DNA from: Thermodesulfobacteriota bacterium
Lineage (GTDB): Bacteria; Desulfobacterota; Desulfobulbia; Desulfobulbales; SURF-16
NCBI GenBank assembly: GCA_039715015.1
Contig: JBDLIE010000004.1
Span: 1-64,000 of the forward strand
Direction of reading: 5' to 3'
Length of the DNA: 64,000 bases
The notes below the pieces were generated by a model that was not told the DNA's origin, did not search any database, and worked only from the letters and a program-made list of their open reading frames with translations. The position numbers were made by a program, and so were the translations under genes. The first letter of the stretch is position 1, and each line of letters opens with the position of its first letter. This document shows, piece after piece, positions 19,733-29,763 of the stretch.

Positions 19733-20127
19733 GTCCTACCCATGAAACACAGGTAAAAGTCGATAGTTTTCGACTGATTGCTCCAAGGGGGGGGAGGTGG
19801 TAGCAAAAACAGAAAATTTTGGTGTTCCTCAGGATGAGCCCGACCAGATCTCCCCTGGGCCACCGTTCTCAAAGGTTTTCCCAAAACTGCTACCCCTCCT
19901 CCCACCTGCCACCACCTGTTCCCACTCTCTCCCTGCCTTTCCAGCACCAACATCAACCCATAGGGAAGTCCCGAGCGGACGACAGGCTGTCAATCTGGCC
20001 ACCTCTGCCCCAGTCGGCAAAAAACACAAACTCCTCGAACTTCGAGAAAAACCACAAACAATTTGATGGTATTTAAGCAGCACTCTAATGCCCTTAGACC
20101 ATCCCTATGCATAAAGGAGGTACAACC

Positions 20128-21291
20128 ATGCCCAAAGTCAAATTATCAGCAGAATTCGTAAACACCATTACTTGTCCTGAAGCCAAGAAGAAGGAGAATT
20201 ATTATGATACTGCAATTACAGGCTTCATAGTCGAAGTCAGAGCCACAGGTGGAAAGACTTATGCACTTCGTTACAAAGATCCACATGGTCGGCAGTGCCA
20301 GCACAAAATCGGTGACTGGAAATCAATTTCTTTTGATAAGGCCCGTAAAGCTGCACAAGTTCTAAGGTCAAAAGTTGTCCTTGGTGAGAACCCCTCAGAA
20401 GAAAAAAGAGTTAAGCGTACTATTCCAACATTGGAAGAATTCGCCCGTGATCGTTATATGCCTTTCGTAAAAGGGGACAAGCGAAGTTGGAAGTCAGATG
20501 AGAGTTATTTGAGGTGTCATGTTTTACCCCGGTTCGGTAAATACCATCTCAATAAAATAACTCAACAGAATGTAATCGAGTTCCACCATGCTATACGATC
20601 CAATAACTATGCAATGGGAACCGCCAACAGAGCTTTGGTATTGGTTAAGTACATGTTCAATTTAGCTCTGAAGTGGAATATCCCTGGTGTTGAGTCAAAC
20701 CCCGCAGCAGATGTGAAGCTTTTTGAAGCCAACAATGCACGAGAACGCTTTCTTACTTCTGAAGAGACCCAGCGTCTACGTGATGCCATAGAAAAAAGCA
20801 AGAACACCCAGTTGAAGTACATTGTCCCTCTTTTATTACTTCTAGGGTGTCGAAAAAGGGAATTGCTCGACAGCAGATGGCAAGACTTCGATTTGGAACG
20901 CCGTACCTGGCGTATTCCACTAGCAAAGTCGGGTCGGGCGAGACATGTACCGCTTTCATCTGCTGTGTTATCGATACTAGATCAACTGCCACGGTGGGAA
21001 GGTTGTCCTTATGTAATTCCTAACCCTGATACGCTCAAAACCTATGTCAATATTCATCGTTCGTGGAATAATGCGCGGGTGGCAGCAGGGTTACCCGATG
21101 TTCGGATGCATGATCTTCGCCATAGTATGGCGTCTAACATGGTGAATTCAGGACGTTCTTTGTATGAGGTGGCAAAGGTCTTGGGCCACAGTCAGTTGAA
21201 AACTACCCAACGCTACGCACATCTCTCTCAGGAAACACTACTGGCAGCAGTAGACGCGGCTGCAAATGCCACTGGCACAAACTGGGGATAG
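20128..21291 (+). CDS. int: Tyrosine recombinase/integrase with N-terminal arm-binding domain
   Basis: GCRKREL, AKSG, HDLRH, LGHS, TQRY catalytic set; N-terminal YYDTAITGFIVEV...GGKTY; AGGAGG RBS. Confidence 0.95.
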   Translation: MPKVKLSAEFVNTITCPEAKKKENYYDTAITGFIVEVRATGGKTYALRYKDPHGRQCQHKIGDWKSISFDKARKAAQVLRSKVVLGENPSEEKRVKRTIPTLEEFARDRYMPFVKGDKRSWKSDESYLRCHVLPRFGKYHLNKITQQNVIEFHHAIRSNNYAMGTANRALVLVKYMFNLALKWNIPGVESNPAADVKLFEANNARERFLTSEETQRLRDAIEKSKNTQLKYIVPLLLLLGCRKRELLDSRWQDFDLERRTWRIPLAKSGRARHVPLSSAVLSILDQLPRWEGCPYVIPNPDTLKTYVNIHRSWNNARVAAGLPDVRMHDLRHSMASNMVNSGRSLYEVAKVLGHSQLKTTQRYAHLSQETLLAAVDAAANATGTNWG

Positions 21292-21333
21292 GCCCAGACA
21301 TAAAAAGGTGTAACTAGCTGAAATGACACATCG

Positions 21334-21465
21334 TACCACCCAACTTGGCCATATGCTGGGTTGGGTGGTGGGTGGGGGAAAACGGTTGCGCCCATCTAGG
21401 CAAAGAACTATAACTTTGATGATTGTGTTAATACATACCTGGTACAGTTGGGTGGTAGTTGGGTG
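21334..21465. repeat. GTTGGGTG(GT) motif x4, putative integrase arm-type sites
   Basis: Inverted copy at 21334-21345; direct copies at 21360, 21447 and 21458. Confidence 0.55.
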
Positions 21466-21537
21466 AGGGGAGAAAAGAGAGTATGAAATTGCCGTTAGAC
21501 CTTGAAAACACTCAAGTTTTCACTTCACTTTCCAAGA

Positions 21538-22189
21538 ATTGCTGGTACCAGTGCACAGTGAAGGGGGGCAGGGAGGGCCGTGATATTGATGCGGTGCAGT
21601 TGGCCCAGAGCTGCGAGACCTTGGGGGCTGGCGAGCTGCTGTTGAACTGTATTGATAAGGATGGCACCAACTCCGGCTTTGACCTGGAGCTTGTTAATAT
21701 GGTCAAGGGGGCGGTGTCCATTCCGGTTATTGCCTCCAGCGGTGCCGGTTGTCCTGAGCATTTTTCCGAGGTTTTTAGTAAAACCAAGGCCGAAGCAGCC
21801 CTTGCGGCTGGTATTTTTCATCGCCACGAGGTGGAAATAAGCGAGGTCAAGGATCATCTGCGTGAAGAGAATATTGAGCCACGTTGATTTCTGGCCTCTG
21901 CCCAAGTGACCTATGAAGCGAGTCTGTTTCTACGTAGTTTCTATTGTTTTCTTGCTGGCTTGCAGTCCTTCGCACAGTTGGGCTGCCAGCCAGGATGATT
22001 TAGCCCGACAATGTCCTCAGGCGGATAAATACCGGCTCCAGCGCAGTTTTTATTTTTCCAACTTGAAAGAGGTTGTCAGGGCCCCTGTGTCCGCCAAGGA
22101 GGTTGAGGCCCGTTTTGCCGAACTTGCCTCCACCGAAAAATGGCGGCGGCAGGCAGCCATCTCTTCCCTGGCCTTGGCCGGCAATATCG
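21538..22189 (+). repeat. Right direct repeat (attR side), containing an orphan hisF 3' end
   Basis: Copy of 13684-14335; hisF fragment runs 21538-21887. Confidence 0.95.
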
Positions 22190-24546
22190 AGATCTTCCAG
22201 CAGCTCCTTGCCGAAGGGGATGGCAATGGTATGGCGACCTATGGCGCGAATTACCTGCGTGAGGACGGCAACCTTTGTATTGATCCTCAAATAGAAAAAG
22301 CTGTTATTCGTCACTTCCAAGATCCCCGATTCTCCAAGGCTTTTCTCTCCTTTTTTCATAAGAATCTCTACTCAAGCCGCCGGATTTTTGAGACCTTGGC
22401 CACACGGCAATTTGACGCGGCAGATCCGGATCAATATGGTCGCCTGGTTAAGGCCCTTTGTGCCACCCGCCTTGCCGGTCTCGATGACCAGATGCTGGAG
22501 ATTGGCAGGGAGGCCCTCCTTCATGATACGCCTGCCCAGAAACGGGTGATGCCAGGGGTGCATCAGGGCATCATTGGCTATCTGGCCAGTCAGAAGAACC
22601 CTGCTTTTGCATATTACCGGACAGTGCTTGCCGTTGAGCCTCGCAGCGAGAGGGTTGCCTACTTTCAAAATAGCTATGCCCAGACACGACTCGCCATTTA
22701 TCAGGCCCTGGTCCGCTACGAAGATGAAGGGTCATTTTCCATTTTTTTGGAGCAGCTTAATGAGTTGAGCAGGGAGCCATGGGGGCCCTTTTATGTCAAT
22801 GATCTCAACCATCTCATCACCAATCTGAAAGCCCATGGTTATTTTGAAAAAAATAAAGACAAGGTGTCCCCCTTCCTGAGTCAGATTCTGTCCGCACCTT
22901 CACTGCCATGGCAAACTGGCTATACTCCACCCCGTGAAAGGGCAGGGGAACCGGCTTTTTATGACCAGCAGATCAGAAAACAGGTGTACGCCCTGCTGGT
23001 GGAGATTGATAGCAAACGAGCCGCAGCTCTTTTGCTTGATGAGTTAGCAGGCCTGTTTCTTCGCCCGGCAGGTGAGAGACGGCAGATTTTGAGCGCGGCT
23101 TTACTTCAGGGGCTGGCATCTCTGTCTGAAAACACCCCATTAGATGTGGAGCGCCTTGTTGAGCTTGCTGCCAGGCTTGTTGAACAGACTGAAATCTTAA
23201 GGGTTGCTGAGATTCTCGGCCGCCATCACCACCCGGCAGGCTTTCGTTTTGTGACCAACCGTTTTGAGGCTTCGTTTGCAGGGGCGGAAGGGATAGAGAG
23301 TGTTGTTGGCCGTAGCCGTCTTGGCGATATCCTTTTTAATATTCTCTTACAGTTTTCAGACCCCAAATATTTGGTGCAGACGAGGGAGAAGATTGACGCC
23401 CTTTTTCTGGCAGAGAAGCTGGCGGAGGAGAGATACGGCAATATGAGTATTACTTTGGCCAAGCTGCTTGGCGAGGAATCTTCCACCTATATCGCCCTCC
23501 TGCAGGCCAAAAAAGAGGAGGTGAAGGAAAAACGCAGGCAGGAGCTCGTTGCAGCCCAAAACAAGTGGCAACAAGAAGTGGTGGAGGAGTATGCCCGCCA
23601 AAGCTCTGATGAAGGGGTTGCCGCAAACATCAAGGCGTTGAGCCAATTTAACGGCGAGGCCAAAAAGGCCGCCTATTGGCTGATCCGGATTGGTTCGCCA
23701 ATCCTGCCCCAGGCCCATAAAGCGTTGGCAGATTCTGATGCAAACACCGAATCAAAGATGCAGCTCATGGTTGTTTTAGGCGAGATTGGTGATAAGTCCT
23801 CTGCGCCCTTTATTATTGCAGCAGCAAAAACGGAGCCTGGGAATACCATGCTCCTGAAAGACGCCTTTTTGGCCCTGGGCAGGATTCCTCAGACCCCGGA
23901 TGCTATCGCCTTTGCCCAGGAATGTCTTGAGGATGGAGAGAGGAGTAACCGTCATAAAATGAGCGCCTTGGCCTATTTTGCCAGCCATCGTGATAAGCAG
24001 GGCCTTGCGTGGAGCAGAAAGTTTTTAGGTCAGGATGCCGAACCCCCTTTACGGGCCACGGCTCTCTATCTGGCCGCCATGTTGGGTGAGGAGGGGGTTA
24101 AGGGGCAGATCGTATTAATGCTGGAGGATAATCCCGAGAGAGGGATAGCGCATCTTCTATGGCGAAGCCTGGCTGAGATCAGCAGCCATGAGGAGTATCA
24201 AGAAACGGTGGCCAAGCTACAGGCAGACCAGACATGGGAGACCAAGCAAGTTGACCAATACGTTCAATTTCGTACCAGTTCTGGTGAGAAAAAGGTAGAG
24301 CTGGCCGAGAAATTACTGGCAGCAAAGACACCTTTTTACGCGGAGAGCGCTATCAGGTTTCTCCTCGAAATCAAGGAATTTGATGTTCTCGCCAGATATT
24401 TTCGGGAACAGAGGCCAGGCGCCATGTCGCTGGAGATGGTGCTTTATATGTCATCCGTGGCCCAGCGTATTTTTAGTGAAGCCCGTCGGCAGGGATATGT
24501 CATTGAGGAAAAAGAGAGCAAGATAAAGATTTTGCCAGCACAATGA
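21913..24546 (+). CDS. Exported alpha-helical (HEAT-repeat-like) protein
   Basis: N-terminal signal peptide (possible LLAC lipobox); HEAT-like LGEIGDKSSAPFII and ALGRIP segments. Confidence 0.7.
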   Translation: MKRVCFYVVSIVFLLACSPSHSWAASQDDLARQCPQADKYRLQRSFYFSNLKEVVRAPVSAKEVEARFAELASTEKWRRQAAISSLALAGNIEIFQQLLAEGDGNGMATYGANYLREDGNLCIDPQIEKAVIRHFQDPRFSKAFLSFFHKNLYSSRRIFETLATRQFDAADPDQYGRLVKALCATRLAGLDDQMLEIGREALLHDTPAQKRVMPGVHQGIIGYLASQKNPAFAYYRTVLAVEPRSERVAYFQNSYAQTRLAIYQALVRYEDEGSFSIFLEQLNELSREPWGPFYVNDLNHLITNLKAHGYFEKNKDKVSPFLSQILSAPSLPWQTGYTPPRERAGEPAFYDQQIRKQVYALLVEIDSKRAAALLLDELAGLFLRPAGERRQILSAALLQGLASLSENTPLDVERLVELAARLVEQTEILRVAEILGRHHHPAGFRFVTNRFEASFAGAEGIESVVGRSRLGDILFNILLQFSDPKYLVQTREKIDALFLAEKLAEERYGNMSITLAKLLGEESSTYIALLQAKKEEVKEKRRQELVAAQNKWQQEVVEEYARQSSDEGVAANIKALSQFNGEAKKAAYWLIRIGSPILPQAHKALADSDANTESKMQLMVVLGEIGDKSSAPFIIAAAKTEPGNTMLLKDAFLALGRIPQTPDAIAFAQECLEDGERSNRHKMSALAYFASHRDKQGLAWSRKFLGQDAEPPLRATALYLAAMLGEEGVKGQIVLMLEDNPERGIAHLLWRSLAEISSHEEYQETVAKLQADQTWETKQVDQYVQFRTSSGEKKVELAEKLLAAKTPFYAESAIRFLLEIKEFDVLARYFREQRPGAMSLEMVLYMSSVAQRIFSEARRQGYVIEEKESKIKILPAQ

Positions 24547-24580
24547 GATTGGCCAACTTTACTGATATAAAGAGGAGCGT

Positions 24581-24997
24581 ATGAAAAGCTATCATAAGGA
24601 ACTGTGGTTTGAGATCCCCAGCCGGAGGGGACTCGTCAATATTACCCCGGAGGTGGAGGCATGCCTGGCTGAAAGCGGTGTTAAGGAGGGACTCCTGCTT
24701 TGTAACGCCATGCATATAACGGCCTCTGTCTTTATCAATGATGATGAGTCGGGACTCCATCATGATTACGAGGTGTGGCTGGAGAAACTTGCTCCCCATG
24801 CCCCCACCAGCCAGTACCGTCATAACGGCTATGAGGATAATGCCGATGCCCATTTAAAGAGGCAGGTTATGGGCCGGGAAGTTGTCGTTGCCATCACAGA
24901 TGGTAAGCTCCATTTTGGCACCTGGGAGCAAATTTTTTACGGTGAGTTTGATGGCCGCCGGAAAAAAAGGGTGTTGGTGAAAATTATCGGTGAGTAA
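24581..24997 (+). CDS. yjbQ: YjbQ/UPF0047 family protein
   Basis: [33 protein letters not shown]. Confidence 0.92.
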   Translation: MKSYHKELWFEIPSRRGLVNITPEVEACLAESGVKEGLLLCNAMHITASVFINDDESGLHHDYEVWLEKLAPHAPTSQYRHNGYEDNADAHLKRQVMGREVVVAITDGKLHFGTWEQIFYGEFDGRRKKRVLVKIIGE

Positions 24998-25029
24998 GAG
25001 AGTCGCAATCAAAAGTGCTCTATGCGCAT

Positions 25030-25065
25030 AAAAAAACCGCCGCCCTTCGGGGCCTGGCGGTTTTT
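25030..25065. terminator. Bidirectional terminator
   Basis: A run, CCGCC/GGCGG stem with TTCG loop, T run; between convergent genes. Confidence 0.7.
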
Positions 25066-25099
25066 GCGTTGCCACGCACTGATTTTTCCTGCTGCGAAC

Positions 25100-25342
25100 C
25101 TATCCTTTTTGGATAAAGAACCTAAAAAATCCGTTTTCCTCTTTGTCACCAAGGAAGGCATGTCCGGAACGGTCACACCAGTTTGGTAGATCATTTTTGG
25201 AACCTGGGTCTGTCCCCATTACTTCTAGGATTTGTCCTGAACTGAGAGAATTAATCGCCTTTTTTGTTTTGAGTAGCGGCATTGGGCAGCTCAATCCTTT
25301 TGTATCTAGGACTTGATCCGGTGTGATAGTCTCTACATCCAT
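25100..25342 (-). CDS. tusA: TusA-family sulfurtransferase
   Basis: LDTKGLSCPMPLLKTKK, TDPGS. Confidence 0.88.
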   Translation of the reverse strand: MDVETITPDQVLDTKGLSCPMPLLKTKKAINSLSSGQILEVMGTDPGSKNDLPNWCDRSGHAFLGDKEENGFFRFFIQKG

Positions 25343-25678
25343 TCGCAACCTCCCTTTATTTTTATAGGTGTTTGTAGTGTGATACGGCTACTCCTTTTCT
25401 CTTAGCAAGATAACGGCCATAGGTTGAGATGAAGCATTTTTTTCTTCTCTTGTTGGAGATCCAGGAGCAGTCTGCGTCCCAGTTTGAGAATGGATCATGG
25501 GGGACGATGACTCTAACTATTCGGTATGATTGTTGTTTGTCAGCAACCAGGCCAGGCTGTTGTGGGGAGGTGCGGTTTTTTGTAGCACAAGGGATGCAGG
25601 AAGAGAAAACTCAAGGATAGCCCAGATTCTGCACCCCTGCCTGACCAGAATCTGGGCTGGTCGCTCGCATTCTGGTGT

Positions 25679-27373
25679 CTACTTTTTTAGAGGCTGCAAG
25701 GAGATCTTGTCATCATCAACAAGAAGGATTTCGCTATGTTTCATGACACCCTTCTGGATATCAGGCAGAAAACAGATAAGAAGAGGATTGTGGCCTCGAT
25801 AATCAAAGAGGGTGCGGAGGGTGGTTGGTCCAAAAAGAGCAAATTCAGCCCTTTTAAAAAAATGGTTGCGGTTTACGTGGCTGAAATAGGGGGGGAGGTT
25901 TTGAGGGAGTTGTCGGTAGAGCTGCTCCTTGTTCTTTTTAAGGTTCTGGCTGGGAAGATGGGCAGGGAGTTTCCGTCGCCCTGCATAAAGCCAGCTCAGT
26001 TGGAGAACCTCTAGGAAGGTTTCTTTGTCTGGACGCGCCTGGCCCACCTCGGTCAAAATTGAACTCATGAGCTTGTGGGTTGCTGCTTGATTAAAGAAAT
26101 TATGATCGTGGCAGGCGGCCAGCAACAGAGAGAAGAACTGAAAACCGTTTTCTTGCTTGGTACGTAAATAGCTGAAAAGCGGTTTGAAGAAGTGGCAGTT
26201 GTAGAATTTCTCCACACATTCTCCAAACCAGTAGTACTCCTTGAGCTTGTCATGGGGTAACCATTTATTTTCCAGGAGTTCGTAGGGTGGTTGCCTGCTG
26301 GCAACCACTGCGAAATCATGCTGTTGCCGGGCAAGGGGGGTGTCGGGCAGGATTTTGAGAAGCCCCATCTGGATATAATGGGGGGAAAGGATAAAGAGGT
26401 CATTGAATGTCTGCTGGTAGGATTCCTCGGTCTCAAGGGGAAGTCCCAAAATGAGGTCAACATGAAGGTGGATTGTATCAATGGCAACCAGCCTCTTAAT
26501 ATTCCTCAGGGCCTCCTTTATTCGAGTTTTTCGGTTGACCGCAGCTAAAGTAGGCTCATGTGTGGATTGCAGGCCAATTTCGAATTGAAACATCCCTGCT
26601 GGAACCTTTTCCAGGAGCTCGAACATTTCCTCGGTAAAAAGATCGGGTGAAATTTCAAAATGAAAAGCTGTTTTTGTTTTTAGGGAAAGAAGATGGCGCC
26701 ATAGTTCCAGGGTGCGCTGGGGAAGAGCGTTAAATGTCCTATCAATAAAACGGATAATTTGAGGGCGGTGTTGGAGGATGAGGTCAAGCTCCTCTTTAAT
26801 CTGGCTGAGTTCCAGGTGTCGGACCCCCGTCTCCCCGGAAGAAAGACAGTAGGAGCAGGAGTAGGGGCAGCCCCGGGACGATTCGTAATAGATGTGACGG
26901 TTGGCAAGAAGCTCATTAAAGTCTACATCTCTGTACGGTGATGAGAAAGAAGGCTTTGGTTGACATTGATACGTTTCTTTAAGCTGTTTTTTTTTGAGAT
27001 CATTGAAAAAAATGTCGGGCATTCCTTCTGCCTCACCTGTAATAAGGGTAAGGTTGTCAAGGGCGAGATGTTTGGCCAGCTCCTGGGCCTCCGGACCTCC
27101 TATGATAAGAGGAACCATTGGTTTCAAGAGGTTGAGGTCGGCAAGCAAACGGCGGATGAAGGCGTTGTTCCAGATATAAACGGAGAAGAAGTAGCAATCA
27201 ACGGCTGAGTCGGTGATCCGGGCCAGGGTTTCAAAATAAGAATCGTTGATGGTGAATTGCTGGATGGTGATGTTGCTGGCAGCAATGTTCTTTTCAAGCA
27301 CCTGGCGTAAATAAAAGAGGCTCAGGGTGGAATGGGTATAGCGACCGTTACAACCAATGAGTTTGATATGCAT
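25679..27373 (-). CDS. B12-binding radical SAM protein (DUF4080-type)
   Basis: YYESSRGCPYSCSYCLSS, FIDRTFN, HLHVDLILGLP. Confidence 0.85.
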   Translation of the reverse strand: MHIKLIGCNGRYTHSTLSLFYLRQVLEKNIAASNITIQQFTINDSYFETLARITDSAVDCYFFSVYIWNNAFIRRLLADLNLLKPMVPLIIGGPEAQELAKHLALDNLTLITGEAEGMPDIFFNDLKKKQLKETYQCQPKPSFSSPYRDVDFNELLANRHIYYESSRGCPYSCSYCLSSGETGVRHLELSQIKEELDLILQHRPQIIRFIDRTFNALPQRTLELWRHLLSLKTKTAFHFEISPDLFTEEMFELLEKVPAGMFQFEIGLQSTHEPTLAAVNRKTRIKEALRNIKRLVAIDTIHLHVDLILGLPLETEESYQQTFNDLFILSPHYIQMGLLKILPDTPLARQQHDFAVVASRQPPYELLENKWLPHDKLKEYYWFGECVEKFYNCHFFKPLFSYLRTKQENGFQFFSLLLAACHDHNFFNQAATHKLMSSILTEVGQARPDKETFLEVLQLSWLYAGRRKLPAHLPSQNLKKNKEQLYRQLPQNLPPYFSHVNRNHFFKRAEFALFGPTTLRTLFDYRGHNPLLICFLPDIQKGVMKHSEILLVDDDKISLQPLKK

Positions 27374-27656
27374 TACGAACTTTCTATAAAGATTATCGAG
27401 AGATTTGGCAGAGCAGTAGGGCTATTTGCTCGCGTTAGCCTATTTTTTATTTCTACCATATCATGCCTATGTTTCACCCTAAATTGTCAGCTATGGCAGG
27501 GATTGAAACCTTGACAAGATTTCGGGTGACTGAGTAAGTTAGAGTGCTAGCTTTTAGCCTGGATTTTATTTTTAACACCTTGTAATTACTTGTTTTAAAA
27601 GTTTAACTTATTGATTAAAGGCGCCTTTTGTTTAGATGTAGTGAGCTCAAGGCGTT

Positions 27657-28460
27657 ATGGCCATTTTTATGATTGTCCGAACAATAGAGCAGTTGGGAGC
27701 AGGCACAGTTTATCATGTCAAGGATCTTGGCCGCATGGCAACCTTTCTTGGCTATACCCTTGCAGGTTGCTTTAAACGCCCTTTCCGGCTGGCTGAGCTA
27801 GTGCGTCAGGTGCGGCTTATCGGCGTCAACTCTATGCCTCTTATTTTGTTCATCGGTCTCTTTACCGGCATGGTTTTGGGGCTCCAGGGCTATCATACCT
27901 TGCGTAAGGTGGGAATGGAGGGGACTTTGGGGATGCTGGTCTCCCTTAGTCTCATTCGTGAACTTGGTCCGGTGCTGACGGCGCTCATGCTTACTGGTCG
28001 GGCGGGTTCGGCTATGTGTGCCGAGCTCGGTATCATGCGTAATTCAGAGCAATTTGACGCCCTTGAGTGTATGGCCATTGATCCTTTCCGCTATCTTATC
28101 AGTCCCAAGTTTCTGGCCACCCTCATTGCCATGCCCATTCTAACCACCCTCTTTGATCTCATTGGCATCTTTGGCGGCTATCTCTCCGGAGTCATCCTGT
28201 TGGGGGTTAACCCCGGAGCTTATATGAATGGTATTGAGTTAAAGGTGCTTAACGAGGACATCAGCCTCGGTATCTATAAATCCTTTTCTTTTGGACTGCT
28301 CGTGGTCTGGATATGTACGGGCCGGGGCTATTTTGTCCAAAAGATTAAGGATGCAGGTTTCGGTGCCGAAGGGGTCAGCCGGGTCACCACCCAGGCAGTC
28401 GTTTATACCTCCATTGCTGTCTTGTTGTGGAATTATCTGATTACGGCGGTATTTATATGA
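27657..28460 (+). CDS. mlaE: MlaE ABC permease
   Basis: IRELGPVLTALMLTGRAGSAMCAELG, EGVSRVTTQAVV. Confidence 0.93.
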   Translation: MAIFMIVRTIEQLGAGTVYHVKDLGRMATFLGYTLAGCFKRPFRLAELVRQVRLIGVNSMPLILFIGLFTGMVLGLQGYHTLRKVGMEGTLGMLVSLSLIRELGPVLTALMLTGRAGSAMCAELGIMRNSEQFDALECMAIDPFRYLISPKFLATLIAMPILTTLFDLIGIFGGYLSGVILLGVNPGAYMNGIELKVLNEDISLGIYKSFSFGLLVVWICTGRGYFVQKIKDAGFGAEGVSRVTTQAVVYTSIAVLLWNYLITAVFI

Positions 28461-29224
28461 AACCGGTGATTCGTTTTGTAGATGTGGTAAAAAAATTCGG
28501 AGATCAGCTGGTCCTGGATCATGTTAACGTCGAATTTCAGGAGGGCAAAACCACTGTTATTGCTGGCGGTAGTGGCCAGGGAAAAAGTGTCTCTCTCAGG
28601 CTTATCTTGGGGCTTATGGAGCCTGACAGCGGCAAGGTAATGGTTGACGGCGTTGACATGGCCGCTCTGGGAAAAAAAGAGCTTGGTAAGGTACGAGCTA
28701 AGTTCGGCGTCTTGTTTCAGGGCTCGGCATTACTTGACTCTATGACTGTGTGGGAAAATATTGCGCTTCCCCTGCGTGAACGCACGAATGTTGATACGGA
28801 TGAAATGATCCGCAGGGTTGAGGGTGCTCTGGCCCAGTTTGACCTGAGTGGTCATGGCGATAAGTTCCCGGCCCAACTGTCCGGAGGTATGAGGAAGAGG
28901 GTGGGGCTTGCCCGGGCCATTATGCTCAATCCAGACATTGTCCTTTTTGATGAGCCAACAACAGGTCTTGATCCGCAGATTGCCATGGATATTTACCGTC
29001 TTTTCTTCAAGACCCAAAAAGAATTTGGATACACCTCTATTATTGTCAGTCATGATATCCCGAAGGTGTTCAATCTCGCTGACCAGGTGGTGATTTTGAA
29101 TAACGGCAAGATGACGGTATTTGAACAGCCGGAAAATATTCAGTATTCCACTGATCCGCTTATTATGAATTTTGTCGAACAAACCATGGGCGAAGTATAT
29201 ACCAGTTCCCTGGAGCTATCATGA
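28457..29224 (+). CDS. mlaF: MlaF ABC ATPase
   Basis: GGSGQGKS, LSGGMRKRVGLARA, DEPTTGLDP. Confidence 0.92.
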   Translation: MKPVIRFVDVVKKFGDQLVLDHVNVEFQEGKTTVIAGGSGQGKSVSLRLILGLMEPDSGKVMVDGVDMAALGKKELGKVRAKFGVLFQGSALLDSMTVWENIALPLRERTNVDTDEMIRRVEGALAQFDLSGHGDKFPAQLSGGMRKRVGLARAIMLNPDIVLFDEPTTGLDPQIAMDIYRLFFKTQKEFGYTSIIVSHDIPKVFNLADQVVILNNGKMTVFEQPENIQYSTDPLIMNFVEQTMGEVYTSSLELS

Positions 29225-29309
29225 TATTTCCTGGTCCTGTCAAAAGTACTTTAGGAAGCATTTTCTGTTCCCCTGGCTTGAAACGATCCTTAAATGCGAG
29301 TGTTAATTC

Positions 29310-29756
29310 ATGAGAAAATCACGCTTTGATTTCATTGTCGGCCTTTTTTTGCTGATTGGTTTTGGGGCATTTGCCTATATGACCACACAGTTTGGGGAAT
29401 TTTCCCTCTTTGAATCAGGGAAATATTACACGGTGACTGCTGAATTTGAGAATATTGCCGGCTTAAAAATTGGTGCCAATGTCTCCATGGCCGGTGTCGT
29501 TATTGGCAAAGTTTCTGAGATCGAGCTTTCAAAAGATGACATGGCCCATGTTTCCCTCTATCTTGAAAAAAAGGTCAAGATTGCTGATGATGCCATTGCC
29601 TCCATAAAGACGCAGGGAATCATCGGGGATAAATTCATTAAAATCAACCAGGGCGGCTCAGAGGATATTGTCAAGGAGGGAGACCTCCTCTTTGAGACCG
29701 AGTCTGCCATTGACCTCGAAGATCTGATCAGCCAGTTTGTCTTTGGTAAGGTGTAA
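29310..29756 (+). CDS. mlaD: MlaD MCE protein
   Basis: FENIAGLKIGANVSMAGVVIGKV, TQGIIGDKFI. Confidence 0.93.
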   Translation: MRKSRFDFIVGLFLLIGFGAFAYMTTQFGEFSLFESGKYYTVTAEFENIAGLKIGANVSMAGVVIGKVSEIELSKDDMAHVSLYLEKKVKIADDAIASIKTQGIIGDKFIKINQGGSEDIVKEGDLLFETESAIDLEDLISQFVFGKV

Positions 29757-29763
29757 AGTGAAA

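Larger units (their letters stand above)
13684..21537. mobile_element. 7,854-bp integrative element (genomic islet, phage-satellite-like) inserted in hisHF
   Basis: Long direct repeat, tyrosine integrase beside the right junction, VapE ATPase, AT-richer cargo. Confidence 0.9.

Noticed and set aside
21459..21887. Independent hisF gene
   Set aside because: It is only the duplicated 3' portion fused to element-derived sequence and lacks the N-terminal part of the cyclase.
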